Part shown: positions 31,056-40,857 of the stretch, in pieces
How the letters are laid out: each line of letters begins with the position of its first letter
Position numbering within the stretch: position 1 is the first letter of the stretch
Assembly (NCBI GenBank): GCA_903887775.1
Contig: CAISRB010000013.1
Coordinates: 3,074 to 67,073 of the forward strand
DNA: 64,000 bases
DNA from: an uncultured Bacteroidales bacterium
GTDB lineage: Bacteria > Bacteroidota > Bacteroidia > Bacteroidales > FEN-979
Direction of reading: 5' to 3'
Translations under genes and position numbers: made by a program
The notes under the pieces: model-generated
Databases searched by the model: none
What the model saw: the letters and a program-made list of their open reading frames with translations, nothing else
What the model was told of the DNA's origin: nothing

Positions 31056-31559
31056 CTATTTAAGTCCGGTAGGCAGGCGGAACTCGCTGTACAATTCTTT
31101 TTCGGTTCGATGCTTTTCCTTGTCAAGGGCTTCAAACTCGATCTGCTGCTCCTGGGTGATCGTTTTCATCGTCATAAACGATTTGAGTTTTGACCCGAGA
31201 ATTGAATCTTTTTTAACCATTGCCTGGTATTCGACATTTACCACCCAGTAATAATTCTGCCAGCATTTTCTCATTTTGTCGGAAGGCAAAACGTATGAAA
31301 AATACTGCGCCAGCAGTCTTCTTGGGCCCACCTCTTTGTTTAAGACGATCAGCGTGGTCACGTAACGGTCGTACTGTTTGACTTCTTCAACCCCTGCTGC
31401 ACGATCTCTGAAGCCGTAATCGATCACCATGGTTACAATGACCAGGGCAACTGATCCTATCAGCCATTTTGCCACATCAAAAATCAGTTTCATCTTCTGA
31501 AGTTCAGTCATAGAAGGAACTGCTTTGGGTGTTTCCGTTTTCGTCGGTTTCTCTTCCAT
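31056..31559 (-). CDS. Hypothetical single-TM coiled-coil protein
   Basis: 167-aa ORF with one hydrophobic helix; no recognised motif. Confidence 0.6.
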   Translation of the reverse strand: MEEKPTKTETPKAVPSMTELQKMKLIFDVAKWLIGSVALVIVTMVIDYGFRDRAAGVEEVKQYDRYVTTLIVLNKEVGPRRLLAQYFSYVLPSDKMRKCWQNYYWVVNVEYQAMVKKDSILGSKLKSFMTMKTITQEQQIEFEALDKEKHRTEKELYSEFRLPTGLK

Positions 31560-31605
31560 CTTTGTAATATTTAAAACAATGAGTAAAAAACCAAAAAATC
31601 AAATC

Positions 31606-32907
31606 CTATAAGCCAGCTACGAGTTGCTTTAGCGTGGTCTCGGCTACTTTCATATTGAATTCGAAATCGTAATAACGGGCCAGGGAATTGGCATAGCTTT
31701 CCTGTGCCTGGCGGACCTCCAGGGCGGTAGTCTGCCCCAGCCTGAGCCTTTCAAGTGAAATCTTCAGGTTTTCTTTTGCAAGGGTCAGGTTATCCCTTTC
31801 AATGACAAGCAGGGTCTTTTGATCTTCAAATTCCGTCAGAGCGGTTTTCAGCTGGGTGTTGACCTGCAGCTTAACATTGTCAAGGCTGTAATGTGATGAT
31901 TGAAGCTGGATCTTTGCGGCCCTGACCTGGCGCAGGGCATTGCCCGCCTGGTAAACCGGGATGACAAGGCTGCCGCCAACGAGAGGGCCGTATGTACGGT
32001 TTGTCAGTACTGTTGAAGCACTATTATCGTTTTGCTGGAAAGCATAAGAAGCAACAAAATTCAGTTTTGGCAGGTAGTAGGTCTTGTACTCCCCTAAGCT
32101 TAGTTTTGCAATGTCGACCTGCTTCTGGGATGATAATACGCTGGTGTTATTGATATAAAGCTTATTCATCAGGTCAACCGGATCCGGTTCATAATTCAAA
32201 GGAATGGTATCAGCCACATCGAAATCAGTTTCCGGGTCGCGGGCAATCACCTGGTTAAGGGCCCTTTTAGAATTGCGTATAGTGTTTATCTGGTTGATCT
32301 CGGCTTCCCTGTTTACATTAAGGTCGATCTTTGCCTGAAGGAGGTCGTTTTTATGCGCAATGCCTGCATCATATCCTTTTTGCAACAATCTAACCCGCTC
32401 AAGGCTGTAAGCCATAACGTCACGTATGGCAAGCAGCTGCTGTTTCTGTGCAACGACCTGGTAAAATGCAACCGTTACGTTATATATCGTTTGCATTACC
32501 ATATCCCTGAACTGTATTTCCCCCAGTTTTTCTATCTGGGTCAGTTTGTTTTTAGTGATGAACATTTTGGTTCCGTCAAACAATGTCCAGTTCAGGGCAG
32601 CGGCAGCAGTGAATGCATTGGACGTTCCCGCGGCGGATGTAATCGAACTCCCCGTTGAGAGGTTCAGGTAGACATTATTAACGGAATAATTGTCGCTTCC
32701 GTTAACCGAAATGTAGGGCAGCATCCCTGCGTTTCCAAGGGTGTTATTCACTTTTGCCACATCGGCATTGTTTTTTGCAACAGACACATCATAATTGTTC
32801 TTGAGGGCAATCCCCACGGCATCATCCACGCCCAGCAGGGATTGGGCCGACAAACCGGCTGCGGTCATCAGCATACTAAACAGTATAATGATCTTTTTAT
32901 ACGGCAT
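31606..32907 (-). CDS. TolC-family outer membrane efflux protein
   Basis: Signal peptide, ALKNNYDV, LNWTLFDG and YYLPKL..IPVYQAG; third gene of the RND operon. Confidence 0.92.
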   Translation of the reverse strand: MPYKKIIILFSMLMTAAGLSAQSLLGVDDAVGIALKNNYDVSVAKNNADVAKVNNTLGNAGMLPYISVNGSDNYSVNNVYLNLSTGSSITSAAGTSNAFTAAAALNWTLFDGTKMFITKNKLTQIEKLGEIQFRDMVMQTIYNVTVAFYQVVAQKQQLLAIRDVMAYSLERVRLLQKGYDAGIAHKNDLLQAKIDLNVNREAEINQINTIRNSKRALNQVIARDPETDFDVADTIPLNYEPDPVDLMNKLYINNTSVLSSQKQVDIAKLSLGEYKTYYLPKLNFVASYAFQQNDNSASTVLTNRTYGPLVGGSLVIPVYQAGNALRQVRAAKIQLQSSHYSLDNVKLQVNTQLKTALTEFEDQKTLLVIERDNLTLAKENLKISLERLRLGQTTALEVRQAQESYANSLARYYDFEFNMKVAETTLKQLVAGL

Positions 32908-35900
32908 GGCCTTCTGAATAATCGGGGATTTTCTCTTTCTTGCCCGACATCATCACGTACATTGCCGGGATTACAAAGAGGGTAAGTATCAGTGAAAACA
33001 ACAGCCCTCCTACCACGACGATCCCCAGGGGTGTGCGGCTCTGCGCACCTGCGCCAAGGGCCAGTGCGATAGGCATGGCGCCGAAGATCGTCGCCAGGGA
33101 GGTCATCAGGATGGGGCGCAGGCGCGCAGCTGCCGCCTCAAACGCTGCTTCTGACTTCGACAAGCCAAGTTTTCTTTTCTGGTTCGCAAATTCGACGATC
33201 AGGATACCATTCTTGGTAACCAGCCCAACCAGCATAATCATCCCGATCTCAGAGAAAATGTTCAGGGTGCTCCCAAAGATGAAAAGCGAAAGCAATGCGC
33301 CCGTTACTGCGAGGGGTACGGTGATCATGATGATAAGAGGATCGATGAAACTTTCAAATTGGGCCGAAAGGATCAGGTAGATGAGAACGAGCGCCAGTAC
33401 AAAGGCAAAAGAGGTGTTCGAACTGCTTTCAGCAAAGTCGCGCGAAGGCCCGAGCAGGTCGGTATTGAACGAACCATCTATAGTCTCCTTCGCGATTTTC
33501 TTCATAGCTGTGATCCCTTCACCAAGGGTTTTTCCCTGGGCGAGTGAAGCTGAGATCGTTGCCGACTTATACCTTTTGTAATGAAATAACGTAGGAGGCT
33601 CGCTGCTTTCCTGCATCTTTACAAGGTTGTCGAGCTGTATCAGCTGCCCGCCGTTGCTGCGCACATACATTGATGCTATATCGGCCGGCTTGTTACGGCT
33701 CTCCCGGTCAAACTGGCCAATGACATAATACTGTTTCTCGTTCCTCAGGAAATACCCGTAACGCTTCCCGCTTAAGGCAAACTGAAGGGTGTTCGAGATG
33801 TCGATTGCATTTACTCCAAGATCCGTCGCTTTCATCCGGTCGACGATGATATTGATCTCGGGTTTATTGAATTTCAGGTTCACATCCACGTTTCCGAAAG
33901 TAGGGTCTTTACGGGCCAGGTCAAGGAAACGGGGAACCACTTCCCTGAGTTTATCGAAATCAAGGTTCTGCAAAACGAACTGCACTGGAAGCTGGGATCC
34001 TGCAGAAAGGGAAGTTGAAATGGTCTGCTCCTGAATGGGAATGATCCTGGCTTCAGGAAATCCTTTATAGATCTTAACAAGCCTGTCATAGACCTGCTGC
34101 TGGCTGGTCTTCCTCTGGTTAGGCTCGACCAGAAAAATATTGATTCCGCCGGTATTGGTGGAAGTGTTACCAAAGCCGGAACCTGTCCTTGCGAAAATCA
34201 ATCTCGCTTCAGGTACTTTTTTACTTAATGTATCGGAAATTCTATTGACCAGCCTTTCCATATAATCGAAATCAGTGCCTTCAGGTGCAGTGATAGTTGT
34301 TCTGAGAATGCTGTGATCTTCGAGTGGGGCCAGCTCCGACCTGATCGATTTAAACAGGACAAATACCAGCAGGAAGCACATTCCCAGGACGGCCAGGCTG
34401 ATCCATTTGCGTTTCATGAACCGGCTCAGAAGCAAACGGTATCCTTTGTCAAGACCGGCAAAAAATGGTTCCGTTATCTGGTAAAACTTCAGGGACTTGA
34501 TATCCGCCCTGCCCATCTTCACATTCAGGACCGGTGTCAGTGTAAGGGATACAAAGGCAGAGATCAGCACTGAGCCGGCAAGCACGATCCCAAATTCCCT
34601 GAACAACCTGCCTGTAAATCCCTGGAGGAAAATAACAGGAATGAATACGATAGCAAGCGTCAGTGACGTTGCTATGACCACGAAGAGAATTTCCCTGGTA
34701 CCTGCAAAAGCCGCCTGGTATTTATCCATCCCATGTTCCAGCTTTTTATAGATGTTCTCGGTGACGACAATGCCGTCGTCAACCACCAGCCCCGTCGCAA
34801 GCACGATCGCAAGCAGGGTCAGAACGTTTACCGAAAACCCGAAAATGTACATCAGGAAAAATGAGCCGATAAGGGATACCGGGATATCGATTAGCGGCCT
34901 GAGGGCTATAACCGTATTTCTGAAGAAAAGGAAAACAATAAGCACCACAAGCCCAATGGCAATGAGGATCGTTTCGGCCACATCCGTCACCGATTGCCTC
35001 ATGAATTTGCTCTTGTCATAACCAACATCCAGTTTCATCCCGGGCGGTAAGTTCTTCTTGATCTCATTGAACCGTTTAAAAAACTCATCTGCAATGGCGA
35101 TCTGGTTTGATCCGGGCAGGGGGACCAGGGCCAGGGAAATCCCGGTGGCACCGTTCAGTTTTACCCCGGTTTCATCAACTTCTGCCCCCAAGGAAGCTTC
35201 ACCGATATCGCTTAGCCTGATGAGCTGGTCATTCGTTTGCCGTATGATCATATTATTGAAATCATCTTCGGTGGTAAGCCGGCCATAAGTTTTCACAATA
35301 AGTTCGGTGGACCTGCCCCTGACCTTGCCCCCGGGAAGGTCTACATTCTCTTTCATCAGTGCGGTATTCACATCTTCGGCAGTCAGGTTGTAAGCAGCCA
35401 TTTTCCTGGGATCCAGCCAGAGACGCATGGCCGGCCTCTTCTGACCGTAAAGCATGACGGAACTTACACCCGGGATGGTCTGAAGCTTCTCCTGAAGAAC
35501 ATTTTCAGCATAATCGCTGAGCTCCATGGGATTCATGGTTGTACTCTGGACAGCAACAGTGATAATGGGGTCGCTGTTGGCATCGGCTTTCGTAACAACA
35601 GGAGGAGCGTCAAGGTCCTGTGGAAGGAGCCTTGCTGCCTGGCTTACTTTGTCACGCACATCATTGGCCGCCTTTTCAAGATCGGCTCCCACATTGAACT
35701 CCACGGTAATATTGCTGGACCCGGTAGAAGAAGAGGAAGAAATGGAACGAACGCCTTCAATCCCGTTTATAGATTTTTCAAGCGGTTCAGTGACCTGCGA
35801 TTCAATAATATCGGAGTTGGCACCGGCATAGGTTGTCTGGACATTGATAGTCGGAGGATCAATAGCGGGGTAAAGCCTTATCCCCAGGAATGAAAAACCA

Positions 35901-35980
35901 ACAAATCCGAACAGCACAATAATGAGGCTCATCACAATGCTGGCAACAGGGCGTTTTATCGCGAAATCGGAAATGGTCAT
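32897..35980 (-). CDS. RND efflux permease (AcrB/MdtB-like)
   Basis: AIKRPV, GLVVDDGIVVTEN, KNGILIVEFAN and RLRPILMTS. Confidence 0.96.
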   Translation of the reverse strand: MTISDFAIKRPVASIVMSLIIVLFGFVGFSFLGIRLYPAIDPPTINVQTTYAGANSDIIESQVTEPLEKSINGIEGVRSISSSSSTGSSNITVEFNVGADLEKAANDVRDKVSQAARLLPQDLDAPPVVTKADANSDPIITVAVQSTTMNPMELSDYAENVLQEKLQTIPGVSSVMLYGQKRPAMRLWLDPRKMAAYNLTAEDVNTALMKENVDLPGGKVRGRSTELIVKTYGRLTTEDDFNNMIIRQTNDQLIRLSDIGEASLGAEVDETGVKLNGATGISLALVPLPGSNQIAIADEFFKRFNEIKKNLPPGMKLDVGYDKSKFMRQSVTDVAETILIAIGLVVLIVFLFFRNTVIALRPLIDIPVSLIGSFFLMYIFGFSVNVLTLLAIVLATGLVVDDGIVVTENIYKKLEHGMDKYQAAFAGTREILFVVIATSLTLAIVFIPVIFLQGFTGRLFREFGIVLAGSVLISAFVSLTLTPVLNVKMGRADIKSLKFYQITEPFFAGLDKGYRLLLSRFMKRKWISLAVLGMCFLLVFVLFKSIRSELAPLEDHSILRTTITAPEGTDFDYMERLVNRISDTLSKKVPEARLIFARTGSGFGNTSTNTGGINIFLVEPNQRKTSQQQVYDRLVKIYKGFPEARIIPIQEQTISTSLSAGSQLPVQFVLQNLDFDKLREVVPRFLDLARKDPTFGNVDVNLKFNKPEINIIVDRMKATDLGVNAIDISNTLQFALSGKRYGYFLRNEKQYYVIGQFDRESRNKPADIASMYVRSNGGQLIQLDNLVKMQESSEPPTLFHYKRYKSATISASLAQGKTLGEGITAMKKIAKETIDGSFNTDLLGPSRDFAESSSNTSFAFVLALVLIYLILSAQFESFIDPLIIMITVPLAVTGALLSLFIFGSTLNIFSEIGMIMLVGLVTKNGILIVEFANQKRKLGLSKSEAAFEAAAARLRPILMTSLATIFGAMPIALALGAGAQSRTPLGIVVVGGLLFSLILTLFVIPAMYVMMSGKKEKIPDYSEGHAV

Positions 35981-35985
35981 ATCCC

Positions 35986-37029
35986 TTATTTTATTTTCGC
36001 AAAGGTAAGTTCCATATCAGGCTTGATGAAAAGTACGCCGGTGACAACAACTGTATCCCCTGCACTCAGTCCCTGGATGACTTCCAGAGTCCCGGCCTTC
36101 CTCACTCCTGTCTGAATAGGGACAAAAACCGCTTTCCCTCCCCGGCTCACGATCACGCTCTTGCTCCGTTCTTTCATAATAATGGCCTGGGTGGGGATCA
36201 TCAGCGCATTGCGGTTCTCGCTCAACCTGAGCTCAACACTTGCATAAGCTCCGGGTGTAAGCGTCGGGGCATGGGCTTCAACAATTGCCCTTGCCTTCAG
36301 GTTACGGGTGTTCAGGTCGATCCCTTCTTCTGTAGCCATGACTTCCGCATCATATTTTTTCTCATCACCTTCCACTGAGAATTTAACTTTGGTTCCCTTG
36401 TGGATCATCGAACTGTATTTGCCAGGAACCGAGAAATCAAGCTTCAGCTTGTCCGATTCGCGGATGGTGGCAATGGGTGTTGATTGTGTGACCTGGGCGC
36501 CAAGGCTTATGTTACGCAAGCCTATAACTCCGTCATAGGGCGCCAGGATCGCCGTTTTTGAGATCTGCGCCTTTAGAAGGTCTATATCATTCAGTATCGA
36601 TGTGACCTGTAATTCCTGCTGATCATATTCCACCTGGCTGATGCCGTCAACCTTCAGCAGCTCGGCCTGCCGGTCCAGAATCTGTTTGCCGATCTCATAC
36701 TGTGTTTGAGCCTTTTTCAGCTGGGCCTGAAGATCCCCGTCGAAAATTTTCAGCAACAATGTCCCTTTTTTAACCAGCTGGCCTTCCGGCAGGTTTACCA
36801 TCACAACCCTCCCCGGCATTTCGGGCATCAAAACGGTTTCCTCAAAGGGTCGCAAAGTGCCGGAAATTCCGATCGTTTCATCGACAACCGAAGGGGTGAC
36901 GACATACCCTTCAATAAAGGAAATGGAGGGATTTTCCTTTCCTTCCTTCTTCTTTTTATTCCCGGAACATGAAACTCCTGCAATAAGGATAAGGCTGAGA
37001 AAGATATTCAGTAGTGCTTTCCTGTTCAT
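35986..37029 (-). CDS. RND periplasmic adaptor (MFP) lipoprotein
   Basis: Lipobox GVSC, APYDGVIG and GLSAGDTVVVTG; likely start MNRKALL. Confidence 0.92.
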   Translation of the reverse strand: MNRKALLNIFLSLILIAGVSCSGNKKKKEGKENPSISFIEGYVVTPSVVDETIGISGTLRPFEETVLMPEMPGRVVMVNLPEGQLVKKGTLLLKIFDGDLQAQLKKAQTQYEIGKQILDRQAELLKVDGISQVEYDQQELQVTSILNDIDLLKAQISKTAILAPYDGVIGLRNISLGAQVTQSTPIATIRESDKLKLDFSVPGKYSSMIHKGTKVKFSVEGDEKKYDAEVMATEEGIDLNTRNLKARAIVEAHAPTLTPGAYASVELRLSENRNALMIPTQAIIMKERSKSVIVSRGGKAVFVPIQTGVRKAGTLEVIQGLSAGDTVVVTGVLFIKPDMELTFAKIK

Positions 37030-37251
37030 ATGATGTAATCTAAGAGGTTCACGGCTTTTTCCGGTATAATTCCGTATAAGGGGACCTCGTTCTGATTGTA
37101 AAATTACGAAAATCAATTCTGCTTTGAGCTAAAATCTATCCGAGGGGATTTTTTAACCTATAAAGACCCCGGTTTTGCCGATAAAACCCCGATTCCAGAC
37201 TCAAATCCGGGATAAATCGGTACTGAAAGAACTTCCTTCCTCTATAAGTCT

Positions 37252-38484
37252 TTACAGCGCATTGATATAGTCCATCACTTCGGTGGAAATCACGGGGTTC
37301 CGCAGGTTCTTGTGATCAACCCATTCGAGTACGGGGTTCCTTTCCTTAACAGGGTACCCTTCAAAAAGCCCTGAAGAGAGCGGTACCAGACCGTCGTTGG
37401 GAGGACTTTTAAACAGGACAAAGGCATCAAAGCCAACTTTGTCCATGATATCGTAATAATCTTCAGCCCAGACCCATTTCAGGCGGTGATTCACGATTTT
37501 GAAACTCCCTTTCATCTGGCCCGCAAAAACAATATACTTCTGCCTGTTTTGAGCATCAATGGTACTGGCAAGTAATGATTTAATACAAGCTGATTCGGGA
37601 GCCATGTCTTTGGGCCCCGGGAAATTAATAAAGCAGAGCAGTTTTACCAGGGTGGCAAGCGGACTTCCCAGGTGGGGAGTTCCGAGGGCAACCAGGGTTG
37701 CAAGCGGACCTCCTTTCGCGATGTAAGCCCTTGCCACCAGCCCTCCCATGGAATGGGCCACAATAATCGGGTTGGTAAGGCCGGCTGCCAGTACCGAGTC
37801 CAGCAATATCCTCCCGTTCGTCATGATCGAATCTTTCCAGTTATACTGATACACATACACATCATGGCGCTTTTTGAAATCAGCAGATAAGAGTTTGATT
37901 ACAGCATCCCAATGCGTGAGATCCCCGGTCATACCGTGGATAAAAATGACCGCCGAGTCTTTCGGATGTTCCGAAGAACTGACTTTTCTGAATACTGACG
38001 GATTATCGGGAAAAACATCCGGGCAATTAAAATCCAGAGTGGGGCTTACCACTACCAGCAGTTCATTGTTGACCCCGGCGCCAGGCAGGCCAGACATGAC
38101 CGATCCGGCAAGGCTTGACTGACCTGATTCACCCTCCACGACTCCTTTGAACGAGAAATCCAGTTTATTGAGATCAAAATCAGCAGTTATAAAAATGCTG
38201 TCCTGTCCTATTAAACCGCTGATTACCCCTTGTTTCAGCTCGGAAGAATCACGTACAAAAACCTCTCCTGTAAGCAGGTTGCCATTCCTGGTCAGGGAAA
38301 AAAGATAAAAATACCGGGTGGTATCCGGATTAAATTCGGCCAGGTTACACTCCCAGTATGTTGTTTCCTTAAATATAGACTGGTCCTGCGAAGTGTCGGT
38401 ATTATTTTTTTTACAGGAGGTAAGGGAAATGACAATTCCAATCGTCAATAAAACCATTGATTTTTCAAGGTGTCGTGTTTTCAT
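37252..38484 (-). CDS. Lipoprotein with C-terminal alpha/beta-hydrolase (lipase/PGAP1-like)
   Basis: Lipobox LTSC; FIHGMTG, AHSMGGLVAR, GTPHLGS, NDGLV and DH; -7 element TATATTTG at 38536-38543. Confidence 0.85.
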   Translation of the reverse strand: MKTRHLEKSMVLLTIGIVISLTSCKKNNTDTSQDQSIFKETTYWECNLAEFNPDTTRYFYLFSLTRNGNLLTGEVFVRDSSELKQGVISGLIGQDSIFITADFDLNKLDFSFKGVVEGESGQSSLAGSVMSGLPGAGVNNELLVVVSPTLDFNCPDVFPDNPSVFRKVSSSEHPKDSAVIFIHGMTGDLTHWDAVIKLLSADFKKRHDVYVYQYNWKDSIMTNGRILLDSVLAAGLTNPIIVAHSMGGLVARAYIAKGGPLATLVALGTPHLGSPLATLVKLLCFINFPGPKDMAPESACIKSLLASTIDAQNRQKYIVFAGQMKGSFKIVNHRLKWVWAEDYYDIMDKVGFDAFVLFKSPPNDGLVPLSSGLFEGYPVKERNPVLEWVDHKNLRNPVISTEVMDYINAL

Positions 38485-38601
38485 GGTACCTGATTAGAAT
38501 ATGATGATTCTTTGCATCTTATATCAACCTGATATCAAATATACAAAGAGCTGCCGACAATTGTCAATCAATTTCGTTAAAGAGACGGGGTGATCATGAA
38601 T

Positions 38602-39258
38602 TCAAGAGTGGCAATGTTCGATATTCACAACCTCCTCCTCCCCCATCTCCCGCATCGCATTGATCAGCTTGCAGCCACAGTATTTATTAAGGTCTTCCGG
38701 CCTGATACTGACAGGTTCGATCTGCCCTCCTGCGATCAGCCTGGCCCGGCATGTCCCTTCAAGAAGAGGGTGCTCAGGGGTGCACCAACGGATCCCATCA
38801 TAAAATACCAGGTTTGAAATACTGCTGTCGGTGATCAGCCCGTCCTTCACAATAATGATGTCGTCACAATCGCCCTTTAATGCGAACAATGCATCCAACG
38901 CAGTCCGGTCAGCATACTTTAAATGATAGTCAATTGCATCGGCATATACCAGTTTCAGGCTCCGGACCGGGCGTTTCAGGTACTGCAGATAACTTATTTC
39001 AAGGATATCCTTCTCATAGACCACATTGCATTTAACGATCCCTTCTTTCATGTTTGCAGGAAGCTGCAACAGCGATTCCAGCCAGTGACGGGTTCCGTAC
39101 CGGAGCGAAAAGGAATTTGACGGAATCAATCCCGAATCCCCAACCCCCAGCCCCCAATCCCTAACCCCCAACCCCGACTTCCGCATACGCTCTTCATGCC
39201 ATCTTAAATGCTGTGGCTGCCCGTTCTCAATCCTGATAGTCTCAAACAAACGGCACAT
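38602..39258 (-). CDS. pabC: Aminotransferase class IV / 4-amino-4-deoxychorismate lyase-like, with an in-frame repeat insertion
   Basis: LFETIRI, YHLKYADR, ITDSSISN, PLLEGTCR and INAM; overlaps the pabB 3' end. Confidence 0.82.
   Translation of the reverse strand: MCRLFETIRIENGQPQHLRWHEERMRKSGLGVRDWGLGVGDSGLIPSNSFSLRYGTRHWLESLLQLPANMKEGIVKCNVVYEKDILEISYLQYLKRPVRSLKLVYADAIDYHLKYADRTALDALFALKGDCDDIIIVKDGLITDSSISNLVFYDGIRWCTPEHPLLEGTCRARLIAGGQIEPVSIRPEDLNKYCGCKLINAMREMGEEEVVNIEHCHS
39131..39179. repeat. Heptamer array (7 x CCCNANY-like) inside pabC
   Basis: CCCGAAT CCCCAAC CCCCAGC CCCCAAT CCCTAAC CCCCAAC CCCGACT. Confidence 0.8.
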
Positions 39259-40270
39259 ATACTTTGTCTGTGAGTTCATGATACTCGCTTTCACAATCGC
39301 TCAGGGCGGTAATCCCTCCCCCGCTCCTAAACTTCAGCACGCCATCCGCCTTCTCAATAAACCTTATCATAACTGCGGATGAGAGATCCCGCCCATTGAA
39401 ATACCCGAAAACACCGGTGTAGAAACCACGTCCGTCGGCCTCCGCTTCCTTAATGATCTGTACCGTTTTTCCCTTGGGCGCCCCGCTTACCGAACCGGCA
39501 GGAAGGAGGGTAAAAATATCTTCTCCAAGATGGCTGAGGCAGCCGGGAGGCATTATCCCGCTGATCTCCGAGCTCATCTGAAGCAGGTCTTTGCGGTTTG
39601 TACTGATCTTTTCGATATACCTGAACCTTTCAACTTTTACCGAGGAGGCAATCATCGAAAGGTCGTTGCGGATCAGATCTACAATGGTATTATGTTCGAA
39701 TAACTCTTTCGGGTCCGTCAGCAGCCTCTCTTCCGCATTGGGGATTGAAGCGTCAATTGTCCCTTTCATCGGGTTTGAGCTGATCATGCCGTTCCTGATA
39801 TTGATAAAAGGTTCGGGGGAAAACACAACGAAATCATCAGCGAATAAAAGCTTATAAGGAGCACGGCTGCGCAGGAAAATATCATCAAGGCTGAGTTCCG
39901 TGTCAAGTTCCGTTGCAAACGTGAGATTGATCAGATAAGTGTCGCCCCGCTTCAGGTGCCAGCTTACCTTATCGAATGCTTTGCGGTAGACTTCAACATT
40001 GACCAAACGGGGGATGAAGCTGAACTTTCCGGAGTCATCTGCTTCCGTACCCTTACCTGCCGGCTCAGAAATGAAGCCCGGATTTCTCAAGGCCGTTGAA
40101 ATATTACTGAAATTCCTCTCCCCGCCAATACTGAAAAAAACCTTGTTGGCGGTGGCTTCCTCGATACTCATCACAGCCGTGTTCTTTCCTTCAAAATCGG
40201 TCACGAAAAGGAATGGGATGCTTCTGACAGCAAAATCATTAATTTTACTGACTGCCTCACCCCTCTGCAT
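39242..40270 (-). CDS. pabB: Aminodeoxychorismate synthase component I (short form)
   Basis: GDTYLINL, FSPEPF, PMKGT, EHNTIVDLIRNDL, PAGSVSGAPK and RSGGGIT. Confidence 0.9.
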   Translation of the reverse strand: MQRGEAVSKINDFAVRSIPFLFVTDFEGKNTAVMSIEEATANKVFFSIGGERNFSNISTALRNPGFISEPAGKGTEADDSGKFSFIPRLVNVEVYRKAFDKVSWHLKRGDTYLINLTFATELDTELSLDDIFLRSRAPYKLLFADDFVVFSPEPFINIRNGMISSNPMKGTIDASIPNAEERLLTDPKELFEHNTIVDLIRNDLSMIASSVKVERFRYIEKISTNRKDLLQMSSEISGIMPPGCLSHLGEDIFTLLPAGSVSGAPKGKTVQIIKEAEADGRGFYTGVFGYFNGRDLSSAVMIRFIEKADGVLKFRSGGGITALSDCESEYHELTDKVYVPFV

Positions 40271-40841
40271 GAAGATATTATTGCTCGATAACCACGACTC
40301 CTTCACCTTCAACCTGGTTGAACTTCTGCGTAATAACGGCAAAGTTAGCTTTAATGTGGTAAGGTCGGATGAACTGCATCTGCCCGATGTGGAGAACTAC
40401 GATAAGATCATTTTCTCTCCCGGGCCCGGACTGCCTGAGGAACAGCCTGCCATGTTCGATATTCTGAGGGAATACGCAGGTAACAAACCTATCCTCGGTA
40501 TCTGTCTCGGCCATCAGGCCATCGCCCTGCATTACGGGGGGGAGCTGTTCAACCTGCCCAAAGTGGTCCATGGCCAGCCGCGCAGCATCAGCATCATCCG
40601 CCCTGAACATTATATTTTTCATGGAATCCCGGATGGCGCCAAGGTCGGGCTTTATCATTCCTGGGCCGTTGCGGAAGCCTCCCTTCCACCCTGCCTCGAT
40701 GTGATCGCCCGGTCCAAAGACGGTACTGTCATGGGCCTGTCACATCTGAATTATAATGTCTGTGGATTGCAGTTTCACCCTGAATCCATCATTACGACGC
40801 ACGGTCAGAGGATGCTGGATAACTGGATATCTGAAATCTGA
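40269..40841 (+). CDS. pabA: Aminodeoxychorismate/anthranilate synthase component II (glutamine amidotransferase)
   Basis: MKILLLDNHDSFTFNL, SPGPG, GICLGHQ, YHSW and QFHPES. Confidence 0.92.
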   Translation: MKILLLDNHDSFTFNLVELLRNNGKVSFNVVRSDELHLPDVENYDKIIFSPGPGLPEEQPAMFDILREYAGNKPILGICLGHQAIALHYGGELFNLPKVVHGQPRSISIIRPEHYIFHGIPDGAKVGLYHSWAVAEASLPPCLDVIARSKDGTVMGLSHLNYNVCGLQFHPESIITTHGQRMLDNWISEI

Positions 40842-40856
40842 CATCTGCCATCAGAG
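40829..40856 (+). repeat. Short heptamer array across the pabA stop codon
   Basis: ATCTGAA ATCTGAC ATCTGCC ATCAGAG. Confidence 0.55.
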
Positions 40857-40857
40857 T

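Noticed and set aside
39999..40268. 90-aa N-terminal extension of PabA in the ORF track
   Set aside because: It is the antisense of pabB. The family N-terminus (MKILLLDNHDSF) starts at 40269.
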